DNA from: Cetorhinus maximus
Taxonomy: Eukaryota
Reading direction: 5' to 3'
Assembly: GCF_964194155.1 (NCBI RefSeq)
Contig: NC_135895.1
Location: 23,498,001-23,562,000 of the forward strand
DNA length: 64,000 bases
The notes below the pieces were generated by a model. That model saw only the letters and a program-made list of their open reading frames with translations, was not told the DNA's origin and searched no databases. Both the position numbers and the translations under genes were made by a program. Positions 12,835-25,029 of the stretch are shown piece by piece (position 1 is the first letter of the stretch; every line of letters starts with the position of its first letter).

Positions 12835-13790
12835 GACACTCCCACCACCCCCAATGCTGACTAATCCTCCAACCCCTGACTACACCCACGACTCCCAAAC
12901 TACCCTCAACCCTCCGACACCCCCACCGATGACCCATCAACCCCCGAGCCCAACTATCCTCCTTACCAGCCGACTAACCCCTGAACCCCTGACTACTTCC
13001 CCTGACCACCCAACTACCCTTCCAACCCCTGACTAGCCTCCCAACCCCTGACTATCCTCCTGATGCCTTGACTTGACAAGGTGGGTGTAGAAAGGATGTT
13101 CCCTCTTGTGAGTGAGTCCAGAACTAGGGGCCACTGTTTTAAAATTATGGGTTGACCTTTTGATCAGAGATGAGGAGAAAATTTTTCTTTCAAAGGGTTG
13201 TGCAACTTTGGAACTCTCTATCTCAGAAAGCAGCATCACTGAATATTTTTAAGGCAGAGGTAGGTAGGTTTTGGTTAGGCAAGGGAATCAAATGTTGTTG
13301 GGGGTAGATGAGAATGTGGAACTTGAAACACAAACTAATCAGCCATGATCTTATTGAATGGCAGAGCAGACTCGAGGGGCCAAATGACCTACTTCTGCTC
13401 CTATTTCATAGGTTTGTATGACAACTCCCCTGATCACCTGACTACCTCCCAACCCTTGACTACCCTCTTGAACCCCCAGCTACTCCCCTGGCCACCTGAC
13501 CACCCTCCCAACCCCTGAGTACCCTCCTGACCACACCCCCAACTACTCCCTTGACCCCTGACTACCCTCCTGACCCCCTCCCACCGACTACTCCCTTAAC
13601 CACCTGATTATCCTCCCAACCCCTGACTACATCCTGACCCTTAACTACACACCACCCAACCAAGCAACTACCCCATGACCTACCACATAATCACCTATCC
13701 ACTTACCCACCTCACCCATCAAACCCCTTACCCACCTACCCCCTACCACTTAGCCAGCTCACCCACCTATTCACTCACCCACTCATCCAA
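12835..13790. repeat. Degenerate C-rich minisatellite (CCCCTGACTACCCTCCCAA-like) split by a CR1 fragment
   Basis: Recurrent CCCCTGACTAC/CCTCCCAACCCC units at 12835-13065 and 13425-13790. Confidence 0.7.
13070..13420 (+). mobile_element. CR1-type LINE 3' end fragment
   Basis: Matches the 3' end of the CR1 at 37805-38146 (GGATGTTCCCTCTTGTG..AGAACTAGGGG..TCAGCCATGATCTTATTGAATGGCAGAGCAGACTCGAGGGGCC). Confidence 0.8.
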
Positions 13791-15589
13791 TCACTAACAT
13801 TCAGACTGGACCTTGTGGGGGGGTGGGGTGGGACAGGGCATTATTGTCTCCCCCCCCCCCGATTTTACTACAATCCAATGGAGTTCTCCAAGGGATGCTG
13901 TGCTCCACATTTCTGGGACAGCTGAAGACCCCAGTAGAAATGTGGAGCAGCATTGAGTCGGGCAGATGCAGCAGCAATTCAATGATGATTGCCACTCCTT
14001 GGAATATTTGGGCCTATGTTTTATCGACTAACTATCTTCACATAGGAATGACTTTAAACTAGCTTCTATTGTACTCTGAATGCAGGCAATTTGAAAATGA
14101 AAATGACAAGATTTCACTGCCGATCATGTTGCACACTCATTCTTTAAAACAGGCTCAGTGTAACTTGTGGAAGCGGAACACAGATGGAAAGATTTGTCCC
14201 AATTCCATGGCTATGAGTTCTTTAAATCTGCAGGCGCAAAAGCTTGACAGTAAATGCCAGACAGAGTTAACAGAGACTGAGGCCTACAAACCAAGGTAAG
14301 CAGGGGCCACAATGAAAGGACAGCTCAATGTTGCATGGTTCTATAGCGGGAACCCGGGGTCATTTCCATTGCTTTCTCCTGACATCTTTCTCATGACAGC
14401 TTTGAGTTGTAGCGTTAATAGAACTTCTGGCAGTTAAGGGAAATCTACTGGGCACCTAGACCCCATATCCTGCCGCTGTTTCCAAATGGAGGACAAGGAA
14501 CGATTGGCCAGTCGTCATCCCTGTTGGGGTGGGGGGAGGGAAATGTCAGTCAAGGTCATGAGGTGGAGGTATGCCTTCCCACCTAATTTTGAGTTGAATT
14601 ACAGGACAGAATCCCAGCCATTATCTTAGAAACATGATATTCAATTACATTAATACTGTATAAACAAGTGTATCTTGTACAATATATCAAGAAATGCCTT
14701 CAATGAAGAATGTATTTAAAATTTACAGTAGACTAATCAAGAATATGTTAAACCATGCTGAGGAAAAAAATATTTTTAAAAGTTCTTTAATTACAAAATG
14801 TCAAAAATCTTTTTGTTCTATTCTGCTGCAGTTAAATGTACCGTGTTGTCACTTAGCAACAAGCAGAAAAGAACTGGAATCGTACTAAAATGACATTGTA
14901 ATTGTAACGGGATGCCAATTGATACAATAGATATACCGTGGTGCTTTAGAGGTGCACATGAACCAATAAGCTGTTTGTTGATTAGCTGCAACATTTATTT
15001 GTAACAAGGCCATAATTATTCTATTTAGCCTTTTGTGCAGTGACAACCATTTCAAGTTCACAATCCTTTGTTCTTAAACACACTTCAGAGAAATAGTAAT
15101 TTTGATAGATACCTTAGTGATTTATTGTGAAATGATAAAGATGATCAAACAGAATAACAGCCCATGTTGTACAAAAGAAGCTTATTTAGGCTTCCTGAGG
15201 ATTGATAGTGGTGAGAACAGCTGAGCAATACCTTTATATATTTTTATTGTTTTCCAAGTTGTTAGAGAAAGACTAGTTCTTAAATTCTCAATAAATCTAT
15301 ATTTGTTATGCAGGAGGAAGCATGAAATAAGAATATGTTAGAGTAATGACGCATTGGACAGCAGCAGAGATGGTCAAGTTTATTAGAGTAGTTAATAATG
15401 AATAGGAATGCTTCTTCATCGAGAAGCTAAGGTTAAATGGCCAATGTCAAAGAATGCAAGGATTAAAAAATTAATTTACACTGGACAATGTGAGAAGATT
15501 GCCATTAAATTAATGATTTCAATCTTTTTAAATAAGTCTTGCTTCAAGTAACTCAGAACCACCTTTGCATAAATACATCAAAGTGGTGA

Positions 15590-15878
15590 GTATTATATAG
15601 ACAAAGTAGTCATTTTGCACACAGCAAGATTGCACAAGATTGCATTGAGATGAGTGACCATGTTTTGTCTATGTTGGCTGAGGGAGAAAAATTGACAAAG
15701 CCAAATAGTGCCAGAGAATATTTAAAATCTCAATTTGGCTGGCAGGTGCTGGATTAACATCTCAACTGAAGCATAGTACATCTAAAAATACAGCACTCCT
15801 TCAGTTTTGCAACTTTGAATGGCAGCCAGATATTGTGCTAATATCCTGAGTGATGCTTGAACCCACAATCTTCTGAAA
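15590..15878 (-). mobile_element. Old Deu-domain-like SINE remnant
   Basis: TTTGCACACAGCAAGAT core and a CTTGAACCCACAATCTTCTGA B-box-like head. Similar to 16590-16940 and 25030-25455. Confidence 0.45.
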
Positions 15879-16589
15879 GATGAAAGGATTTAGAGCATGT
15901 CAGGAATTCTATATGGTTCCTAAGATTTTTCCTCCATTTATTTTAATGGAAAGAAAACCTTGGTGAGCACATTTGTAAAATTATGTCCTTGGTGTAAATC
16001 CAACATATTTTCAGAGAAAGGGATCATCCTAATACCAAGCAGAGTTAGAGATCTTGATATTTTGCTTCTCTCAGAATGCTACAGGGGAGGCGGTGGCTGC
16101 TGCAGGTACTACCCACTCGAGGCCTCTGATCGAGAAGGGTCCCAGGCACAGGTGGCACGAAGGAAGCCATAGGATTGGGGTCGCAGTGGAGTATAGGTGA
16201 GGGGGTTGGCAGCAAGGGCAGCGGGAGGATCTCAGTGGGCTCCCACTTGCCCAATCCCTTGATGAGGCAATGGGTGTCTTTGAACATGGGATCCCCTTAC
16301 CAAAACATCATGGATTGCTTGTTGTGCTCCTTACATTGTGAGCCTCCCTACCTACCACTGGGTTAATACCAGCGGCAGTGATCGAGGCCCTTAAGTGGGT
16401 AAATTGGCCACTTTAGGGCCTCATTTGGCAGTGGTGAGGCAGATCGGTGTCCATGGGTCACCCTCCTTGGACTTAATTAGAATGGAGGCAAGAAGGTGGC
16501 GGGGTCTCTAACCTGCCACCCTCCCACTGGATTAAATGCCACCTCACCACCAAATGCACCATGGGGAAGGGCATTAAATTGCACCCCAA

Positions 16590-16940
16590 GTGCTTTGCAG
16601 GCAGCAAATTGTTTATGAAATGCAGTCACTCATCTTGTAGGCAAAGTGAGCAACTAAGTTGCGCACAACAAAGTACACAAGGAGCAGGATGACTGGCTAT
16701 TAATCTATTTTGGTGGCACTAGTAATGGAATTAATATTAACCAGGTTTTCAGAACTCCTTGTTCCAAAAAGCAATATTTAATCTTTTAAATCCACCTGAG
16801 CAGATAGAACTGTTTTGCATCTCATCTGAAAGTTAGCACTGCTGACAATTCAACACTCCTCAATATATTCAGTGCCAACGAGGATTATATGATCAGCCTT
16901 GAAGTGAGGGTTAAGTCCATAGCCTTCTGAGAGGCCAACG
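16590..16940 (-). mobile_element. Old Deu-domain-like SINE remnant
   Basis: Contains GTTGCGCACAACAAAG and CATCTCATCTGAAAG..CAC..CTGACAAT blocks shared with the other copies. Confidence 0.45.
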
Positions 16941-16964
16941 TGCTGCCAGTTGGAGTTAATCACT

Positions 16965-19478
16965 TTCACCCCCTTTTGCACCTCCTCTCCCTCCTCATCT
17001 TCCCCCTTCCCTCCTCCACTCTTCCTCTCCCTCTGCCTCTCCCCCACCTCCCCTTCCCTCCTCCTCTCTTCCCCCTCCCTCTCCCCCTCGTCTCCTCCAC
17101 CTCCTCCCTCCCACCTCTTCCCCCACAACCTCCTCCCCTTCCCTCCTCCTCTCTTCCCATCTCCTCTCCTCCTCCCTACCACCTCCTCCCCTCCCCATGC
17201 CCTTCTCCTCTCCTCTCCTCTACCTCCTCCTACCCATCCTCTCCCTCCACCACCACGTCCTCTCCCTCCACCACCACCACGTCCTCTCCCCCCACCACCA
17301 CCTCCTCCTCTCCCCCCACCACCACCACCTCCTCATCTCCCCCCACCACCACCTCCTCCCCTCCCTCCCCAAACTCTCCCACACCTCCACCTCTCCCCCT
17401 CTTCCTCTCCCCCACCTCTCCTCCTCCCCTTACCACATCTTCTCCCTACCCCCCTTCCTCCCCCACCCCACGCCTCCTCCCGCCCACCACACCTCCCCCT
17501 CCCCCCAACTCCTCCCCCACCTCTTCCTCTCCCCCACCCCACCCTCCTCTCCCCCCACCTCCTCCTCTCCCCCACCCCACACTCCTCCTGCCCCCCAACT
17601 CCTCCTCCCCCTACATCCTCCTCCTCACCCCCACCTCACACTCCTCCTGCCCCCCACCTCCTCCTCCCCCCAACCTGTTCCTCTCCCCCACACCTCCTCC
17701 GCCCCCACCTCCCCTCCCCCTCCTCTGCCGCCCACCCGACCTCCTCCTCCTCTGTTCCTCCTCCTCCTCTCCCCCCACCTCCTCCTCTTCTTCTCCCCCC
17801 AACTTCCTCCTCCTCTCCCCCCCATCTCCTCCTCCTCCTCTCACCCCCATCTCCACCTCTCCCCCCCACCTCCTCCTCCTACTCGCCCCCACCTGTTCAT
17901 CTCCACCCCACCTCCTCCTCCTCTCCCCCCACCTCCTCCTCTCCCCCCCACCTCCTCCTCCTCCTCCTCTCCCCCTCACCTCCTCCTCCTCCTCTCCCCC
18001 CCACCTCCTCCTCCTCTACCCCCACCTCCTCCTCGCCTCTACCTGCTCCTCTGCCTCCCACCTCCTCTCCCTCTGCCCCACTTCTTCTTCCCCCTCCTAC
18101 TCTCCCTCCACCTCCTCCTCTCCCCCCACCTCCACTTCCTCTCATCCCCACCTCCTCCTCTCACTCTCCCCCCACCTCTTCCTCCTACTCACCCCCACCT
18201 CCTCCACCCACACCTGCTCCTCTGCNNNNNNNNNNNNNNNNNNNNNNNNNNNNNNNNNNNNNNNNNNNNNNNNNNNNNNNNNNNNNNNNNNNNNNNNNNN
18301 NNNNNNNNNNNNNNNNNNNNNNNNNNNNNNNNNNNNNNNNNNNNNNNNNNNNNNNNNNNNNNNNNNNNNNNNNNNNNNNNNNNNNNNNNNNNNNNNNNNN
18401 NNNNNNNNNNNNNNNNNNNNNNNNNCCCCCTCCTCCACTTCTACCCCTCTGCTCCAACCCCTTCGCTCCTCTTCTCATCCCCTCTCCTCCTCTTCTTCAC
18501 CCCTCGTCTTTCCCCGTCTCTTCCTCCTCTTCTCCCCACTCCTCCTCTCCCCCTCTTCTCACCCCTCTCCTCCCTCACCCTCCTGCTCTTCTCCCCCCTC
18601 TCCTCCTCCTCTTCTCCCACCCTCTCCTCCTCCTCCTCTTCTTCCCCTCCTCGTTTCCCCCTCTCCCTCTCCTCCCCTCCCCCCTCTCCTCCTCCTCTTC
18701 ACCCCCCTCCTCCTCCTCCTCTTCACCCCCCTCTCCTCCTCTTCTCCCTCTCCTCCTCCTATTCTCCCCCCTCTCCTCCTCACCCCCTCCTCCTCTTCCC
18801 CATCTCCACCCCTTCTCCTCTTCTCCCCCCTCTCCAACACCTCTTCTCCCCACCCTACCCTCCTCCTCTTCTCCCCACCCTACCCTCCTCCTCTTCTCCC
18901 CACCCTACCCTCCTCCTCTTCTCCCCACCCTACCCTCCTCCTCTTCTCCCCACCCTACCCTCCTCCTCTTCTCCCCACCCTACCCTCCTCCTCTTCTCCC
19001 CACCCTACCCTCCTCCTCTTCTCCCCACCCTACCCTCCTCCTCTTCTCCCCACCCTACCCTCCTCCTCTTCTCCCCACCCTACCCTCCTCCTCTTCTCCC
19101 CACCCTACCCCTCCTCCTCTTCTCCCCACCCTCCTCTTCACCCCTGTTCCTCTTCTTCTCCCCCCTCACCTCCTCCTCTCCCCCTCCTCTTCCCCCTCTC
19201 CCCCTCACCTCCTCCTCTCCCCCTCCTCTTCCCCCTCTCCTCCACCTCTTCACCCCCCTCTCCTCCCCCCCACTCCTCTTCTCCCCCCTTTCCTCTTCAC
19301 CACCCCTCTCCTCCTCCTGTTCCTCCCCCCCCCCCCCCGCTTCTCCACCCCACCCCCGCTTCTCCACCCCACCCCACCATTCTCCTCCCCACCCCCCCTC
19401 TTTCTCCTCCCCACCCCCCCTCTTTCTCCTCCCCACCCCCCCTCTTTCTCCTCTATCACCTCCTCCTCCACTCCACCC
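16965..19478. repeat. ~2.5 kb polypyrimidine (C/T) low-complexity tract containing an assembly gap (18226-18425)
   Basis: Almost G-free on the + strand, with CCT/CTCC/CCAC units and 200 N. Confidence 0.95.
18841..19110. repeat. Perfect 25-bp tandem repeat CTCTTCTCCCCACCCTACCCTCCTC, about 10-11 copies
   Basis: Exact 25-nt periodicity read directly from the sequence. Confidence 0.9.
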
Positions 19479-19490
19479 CAGAGTAACGGC

Positions 19491-19760
19491 AATAAAAACA
19501 AAAAAACTACTGCGGATAAAAACAAAAAACTACTGCGGATGCTGGAAATCCAAAACAAAAACAGAATTACCTGGAAAAACTCAGCAGGTCCGGCAGCATC
19601 GGCGGAGAAGAAAAGAGTTGACGTTTCGAGTCCTCAGGACCCTTCAGCAGAACAGTTCCAGAACAGAACAGGTGCAGAACTGTTCTGCTGAAGGGTCCTG
19701 AGGACTCGAAACGTCAACTCTTTTCTTCTCCGCCGATGCTGCCGGACCTGCTGTGTTTTT
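19491..19760. mobile_element. Miniature fold-back PLE derivative with 13-bp TSD, abutting the SNX7 promoter
   Basis: TSD CCAGAGTAACGGC at 19478-19490 and 19761-19773. Near-perfect arms at 19571-19658 and 19677-19764. The sequence matches the terminus of the element at 41615-42678. Confidence 0.9.
19682..19718 (+). ncRNA. Minimal type I hammerhead-like motif (C6 variant), mirrored on the minus strand at ~19617-19653
   Basis: GTT-CTGCTGA-A-GGGTCC[TGA]GGACTC-GAAA-CGTC-AAC. Stem II is 6 bp, palindromic ACGT replaces helix III, and the putative cleavage triplet is GUC. Confidence 0.6.
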
Positions 19761-19773
19761 CCAGAGTAACGGC

Positions 19774-20235
19774 TCCCTACCCGCGCGCCCCGTTTGAAGT
19801 TGTTTCCGTCTCAGCGCGCCCATTTCCGCTCCTGCGCACTGGGCAGCCCTGCGGCCGGTTGACGCTCGCAGGCACACAGGCGCGCACGCGCGGAGGGGGG
19901 GGGCGGAGCCGTTGCCGAATCCGACACATCAGCGGCCTCCGGAGGAACGGACGGAGGAAAGGAAGATGGAAGCGGCTGGCTCCGCCGGCAGTAAAAGCTG
20001 CAAAGCGGCCGCCCCGCACCCGCTCTCTAAGGACGTGCTGGGTTTCGAGGATGACGATGAGGACGATGACTTGGAGGTGTTCAGTAAGGTCAGTCCGTCC
20101 GCCCGCTGGCCAGCAGTAAGTTGTCGGGGGCCGGGGCTCCTCCCAGGTCAACGGTCTCCCAAGTTCGGTGTGGGCACTGTGAGGAGACCCCCACACAACA
20201 ACCTGCTGTCCGGGGGGACCGGGACCGGGACCCTG
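19774..20235 (+). promoter_or_regulatory. CpG-island promoter/5' region of SNX7
   Basis: Sharp CpG enrichment around exon 1. ETS-like CATTTCCG at 19821-19828, NRF1-like GCGCACGCGC at 19882-19891 and GC box GGGGCGGAG at 19900-19908. Confidence 0.8.
19966..20088 (+). CDS. SNX7: Sorting nexin 7, coding exon 1
   Basis: AAG-ATG-G Kozak context. MEAAGSAG...KDVLGFEDDDEDDDLEVFSK matches the SNX7 motif EVLDLDEDEDDLEVFSK. Donor AAG|GTCAGT, phase 0. Confidence 0.9.
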
Positions 20236-21863
20236 GCTGCTGCATAGGGCAGGGAAACCTGTTGTAACATGAGTGTGGAAGCTCTCCCGGGAGTTTACTG
20301 CAGCCTTTTTAAAGCAGAGAGAGAGAGAGAGTTTGTTTCTCTCGCACTCTCGGCTCTCCACTGAAGTAAAGCTGTCTGCCCAGGGCGGACTGGGCATCTT
20401 AATTGTTTCATTATCTCTCGTTGTGTCTGTTGCGAAAGAAAAAGGTGGAGTGGGTGGGTAAGGGAGGGGAGAAACAAGTCGCCAAGTTTAGCACAAGTTT
20501 GTTTTTTTTTCACCTTCACTTTTTTTATATAAACGGTGCACCTGGTGAAGATCAAAGGTCGGGAGTTTTCTCAGCTGCAGGGAGAGATTTGGCACCAAAC
20601 ATTACCCTGGACGCCAGCCAGCATTTCTGGTAGATTCAGGTCCAGACTGGCTGCCCCCCCACCCCAACTCTTTAAAAAAAAACTTTTTTTCGTTCTTGGG
20701 AAATGTTTTTTTTTAAAAAAAGGGGGGGGAGGGACGAAGCCCTCCTCCCCGACGAAGTTTACACTGCCTTGATTTGCTTAAACAAATCTTACAGTGTTCC
20801 TTTTAACGAGATAAATAGCGTTTTTTTATTATGGGATTACCAGGGCATGTAGAAAATAATCCAGTCACCTAATCTCATAGTCCATGTTGGAAACAAACTA
20901 GGCAAGTCAGGTCACATTTGGAGTCATTTTCAGGCCGTAAACTAAGTTTGCCGTACAGAACTTTTCACTTTGCACCAATAATTTTTGAAAGTATTTACAA
21001 ATGTTTTCTTAAGTTGACATCAGGTGCCTGACGTGTTGTATGCAAAGGCTATGTTTCTATTGAAATTTAAAACTTTCACTTAGCTGCGATTCAGACTTCA
21101 CTCCGGAATCGAGGCGAAACCCAACTCTCTACCAGAAATGATTTGGAGGAGGTAGCTCCACACTTGTGTGGAGTATAATTCCAGTGCTGCGTCATATTTT
21201 AATGTGGATTTAATAAGTGTTTGAGTGGATCCTTGTAAACCTACCTGGCACTGATTTCATACATTGTTTCAGAACCGAAATAGACTACTTGTACCATCAG
21301 TCCATGCCACTATTTTTCTGCACAGCTTAGCATGCCATTAAACATTTTTAATTTTTAACTGTCTCACTCTTAGATCATTTATTAAGTGCTTCATAATAGC
21401 TTGTGAAGGAATTTTATTTTGCCTGTTTAAAAAAAAATCTAAGCTCCCTGTTTGTGAATATTTCAAATTTATACCCCCCTGTTAATGACTAGAGGAAACA
21501 ATCTATCATAATTTACCTTTATTATAATCCATAAATATTTAGAGAGCATGCTCCTACCTGTGCATGCTAGACATTAGATTTTAATCCGTGGAATAGGCAT
21601 ACTGCGTGGAAAAATTGTGCTTTGAGCCATGCAGTATAAATGAGGTGATTCCTGGCTGAAAGCGATACTGTAGCTACTGTTGTCAAAAAGAGTAGCTGCA
21701 TTGTAAATGCACCAAAGATTATTAACTCTAGTCTGTTTAAAAACAAAATCTGTACTTTGTCAATTACAGAATCATCATAACTTGCAATTATATAGTGCTT
21801 TTAACTAGTAAAACTTCCCAAGGTGCTTCACAAGAGCTTTACCAAAGGAAATATGACACTGAA

Positions 21864-22875
21864 TGTTGTGACTGGTCCTGGATGAGGTCCACAATTTGTT
21901 AAATTCTGGATGAGATTCCCAATTTTGTTGTGATCCCGGATGAGGAATGAGCTGGCTCCCCTCTTTGTTCAACCCACTTGATTGGCCGCAACAAGGTTAG
22001 TTTAAAAATCCTTTCCCCGTGGATACATTTTCCCAGTCCAAATGTATTTACTTTTTATGAGGACCCAATTTAACCAGGCTTTCTTGAGTCAAAGAAAGAG
22101 TAAGCTTATTAGTTACTAAAACCCAAGGAAAAATAGAAAAGACATGACACACACATGCACACTCTGATCAGAAAGGAGAAGTTAAGAGTTTAAAAATATA
22201 CAAATCCTTCCTCGGCTTGTCCATGAGGCGTAGGTGGTGGTACGTTGTGGCCGTTAAGTTGGGTTATTTTGATAGACCTGATTTTTGTCTTGTTTCTTTT
22301 TATATGTGGTCTTTGCTGGAACATACTTGGCCCCCAGTGAAAGAGAGAAAAATCGCCTGCTTGTCCTTGTAGAGGTGACTGGTGTTTCCTTTTGTTTCTG
22401 TCACTCTCAAACACTGGTCTGCGGCCAGCTTTTTAACCCATTTTTCTTGTGTATTCCTGGGAGGGGAAATAGTCATGTTTTGCACCTAGAGTCTGTTTTT
22501 CTCCTGTCTCAAATAATTTTACACATTCTGAGATATAAGTCAACAGAAGTTGGATTTTTTGAATGACTGCTGAGATACGGGAATCAGCCCCTTTTGTCTC
22601 CACAAACACAGGAGATTAAAAGCCTAGTCTTTTGCATTTTTCATATCTTACTTTCAAGTGTCTCTGTTTGAAGTAGGCATTCACACCTCTTCAGGTGCAA
22701 CATTCCATGTCTGTCAATATAATCCATATAGGAATTTTCCATAAAGTGGCCACTTTACATTATCAGCCACCTTTTGATCAGTTTTTACTTGTATTTCTTT
22801 TAAAAACACAGGTCTTTTAAAAAAAAGTTCAGAATGCCTGTAGGTAGTTGGTCACTGCAGTTTACTGTTGTGACA
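21864..22875. mobile_element. Probable solo LTR inserted into an older L2/SINE-tail remnant
   Basis: TG...CA ends with near-TSD CTGAA/CTGAG. The flanks (21775-21862 and 22876-23410) read as one continuous L2-like 3' end. Confidence 0.4.
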
Positions 22876-24544
22876 CTGAGCTACCGGAGATTTTTCAGCT
22901 TGTTCATAATGATAGGCATTAAAGAATGTCTTAGAGAATGAGAGGTAGTGATTTCAGGAGGGAATTCCAGAGTTTAGGGCCCATGCAAGCTGAAGGCACA
23001 ATCACCAGTGGTGGAGCAATGAAAATTGAGTTGTGCAAGAAGCCAGAAATGAAGGAGCTTAGAGATTATGGAGAGTTATAGGGCTTGGGCAGGTTAGAGA
23101 TGGGAGGACATGGTCATAGAGAGATTTGAAAACAACAATGAGAATTTTAAATTGAGTTGTTGCCGAACTAGGAGGCAGTTTAGGTCAGTGAGCACAGGAG
23201 TTGAAAAACAAAGAGTACTTGATGCGAGTTAGCATATGGGCAGCAGAGTTTTGGATGAGCTCAAATTTAGAGGAAGGTGGTGGGTTGGCCAGGAGAGCAT
23301 TAGATTAGTCAAGTCTTTAGGTAATAAAGACATGGATAAAGTGAGGCAGAGATAGACACAGGCAATGTTACAGAGGTGGAAGTGGGTGGTCTTAGAGCTG
23401 GAGAGGATCAGAAGCTTGTGATTGGTCTTGTTTGGTCTCAGTCACTTACAAGAGAAAGGTACGGAGTCCATACTTAACAATTAGTTTTTAGGAACCTCTG
23501 CGCTTTCAGTTCTGTAGATTGGAACTGAAGTTTTTCAGGAAATGTTAAATTATTATATTTTGTTGTAGTTGATTGTACATATTGTAGGTGAGATTATTTC
23601 ACAACATGGCCTGTTAACCAAGTGCTTTGTCAACACTTGATGTTGATGTTTTCAGTCCTTCAGTTTACTGCAATAAGGATGCGTTTATGACATGGTCTTG
23701 CCTCTGACTGTTGCCTCTGACCGTTTCAAAAACTGAAATTGCTTTACCAGATTTGAAAGAATTCAAATAGCCAACTGTTGTTGGTGTAAAGTGTCATGTG
23801 TTTGAAAGGAAATTTATCTTTTGATTACTATAATCCAAAATGTTGTTGAGATATTGGCACTCTTACTGACTTCTGCACTTATTTTTATGTTTTCTGCTTT
23901 TAAGACTAGGCCAAAGGAACCTTATAAGTTTGAATAAGTTTTTATATCTCCTATTCCCTCTGATGAAATGAAGGTCTGTTTCAATAAAAGGTGTAGGCGG
24001 TGGGCTATAGACAAACCTAAGTAATTCATCTGCAAAATTTAGTTTGTCATTATTTTAAAGTCATTATGACTTTAATTTTTTTATCCTCCTAACTATTATA
24101 TCAAGAAGTAAATGGTCTTGAAATTAAAAAGAAAATACTGGAATGTTAAATTTTGAAATGTTTTAGAACAATCAACTGTGCTAAATAGTAACATGTATTA
24201 TCTCAAATTGAATTAGTATATGTTGCAATTAATTTGCTCTAAATTCTGTTGCAACACATTAGGCATCTTTTTTGAAATATTAGTGATATAAAAGAACAGA
24301 GTCAAAGAACAATTAAGTAGTGAAACCAGCCTCATGCATGAACTTTGCTGACAGTATTTTTGAGTTATAAGAATATTTAAATAGGTCTACGGTTAATCTT
24401 TGAATATTTATTTGAGTAACAGGTGGTTTAAAAAAAAATACAATGAACTGTTGTTTTGACCAGATTATAATCTTTGTGTACCTGGCCGTAGAAATACAGC
24501 AGTGTTATTTAAGATGCTAGTTTCAATAAGATTGCAAGATCCAT

Positions 24545-24990
24545 TTTTTAATTTATTCGTGGAATGTGACCATCACTGGAAAAGCCAACACTTATTGCTT
24601 ATCCCAAATTGCTCTTGAGAAGGTGGTGGTGATCCACCTTCTTGAACTGCTGCAGTCCATATGTTGGTAGAGAGGTAGTTCCAGGTTTTTAACCCAGAGA
24701 TAGTGAAGGAGATAGGTGATATAGTTACAAGTCGGGATGGTGAGTGGCTTGGAGGAGAGCTTGTAGGTGGTGGTGTTTCCATATGTCCGCTGCCCTTGTA
24801 TATCTAGGGGGTAGAGGTCGCAAGTTGGAAGGGACTGTCTGAGAACAAGTTGTTGCAGTGCATTTTGCAGATGTACACACTGCTGTTACTATGTATGGAG
24901 GAAATGAATGTTTAAGGTGGTGGATAGGGTGCCAGTTGAGCAGGTTGCTTTGTCCTGGATGGCGTTGGGGTTCTTGAGTGTTGTAGCTTC
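24545..24990 (-). mobile_element. 3' fragment of the APE-RT LINE family (see 53955-57641)
   Basis: Collinear with 53955-54425. Confidence 0.8.
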
Positions 24991-25029
24991 TGGCCTAGTG
25001 GAAGATATTTTTATATTAGACCCACAGTA

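Noticed and set aside
1-16900. MIR137 or another upstream syntenic gene (recalled neighbours of vertebrate SNX7)
   Set aside because: I found no mature miR-137 sequence or convincing exon by eye. Conserved non-coding elements cannot be judged without alignments.
18841-19110. CRISPR-like or telomeric array
   Set aside because: Head-to-tail identical units with no spacers, eukaryotic context, and not TTAGGG.
16940-19701. Three 830-910 aa Pro/Ser/Leu-rich ORFs and many Gly/Arg/Glu-rich antisense ORFs
   Set aside because: They are open in all frames only because the C/T tract cannot encode stops. They span an N gap and show no domain signal.
19912-20247. 111-aa ORF as a standalone gene
   Set aside because: It starts at TTG in the 5' UTR and reads through the exon 1 donor. 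Only 19966-20088 is SNX7 coding.
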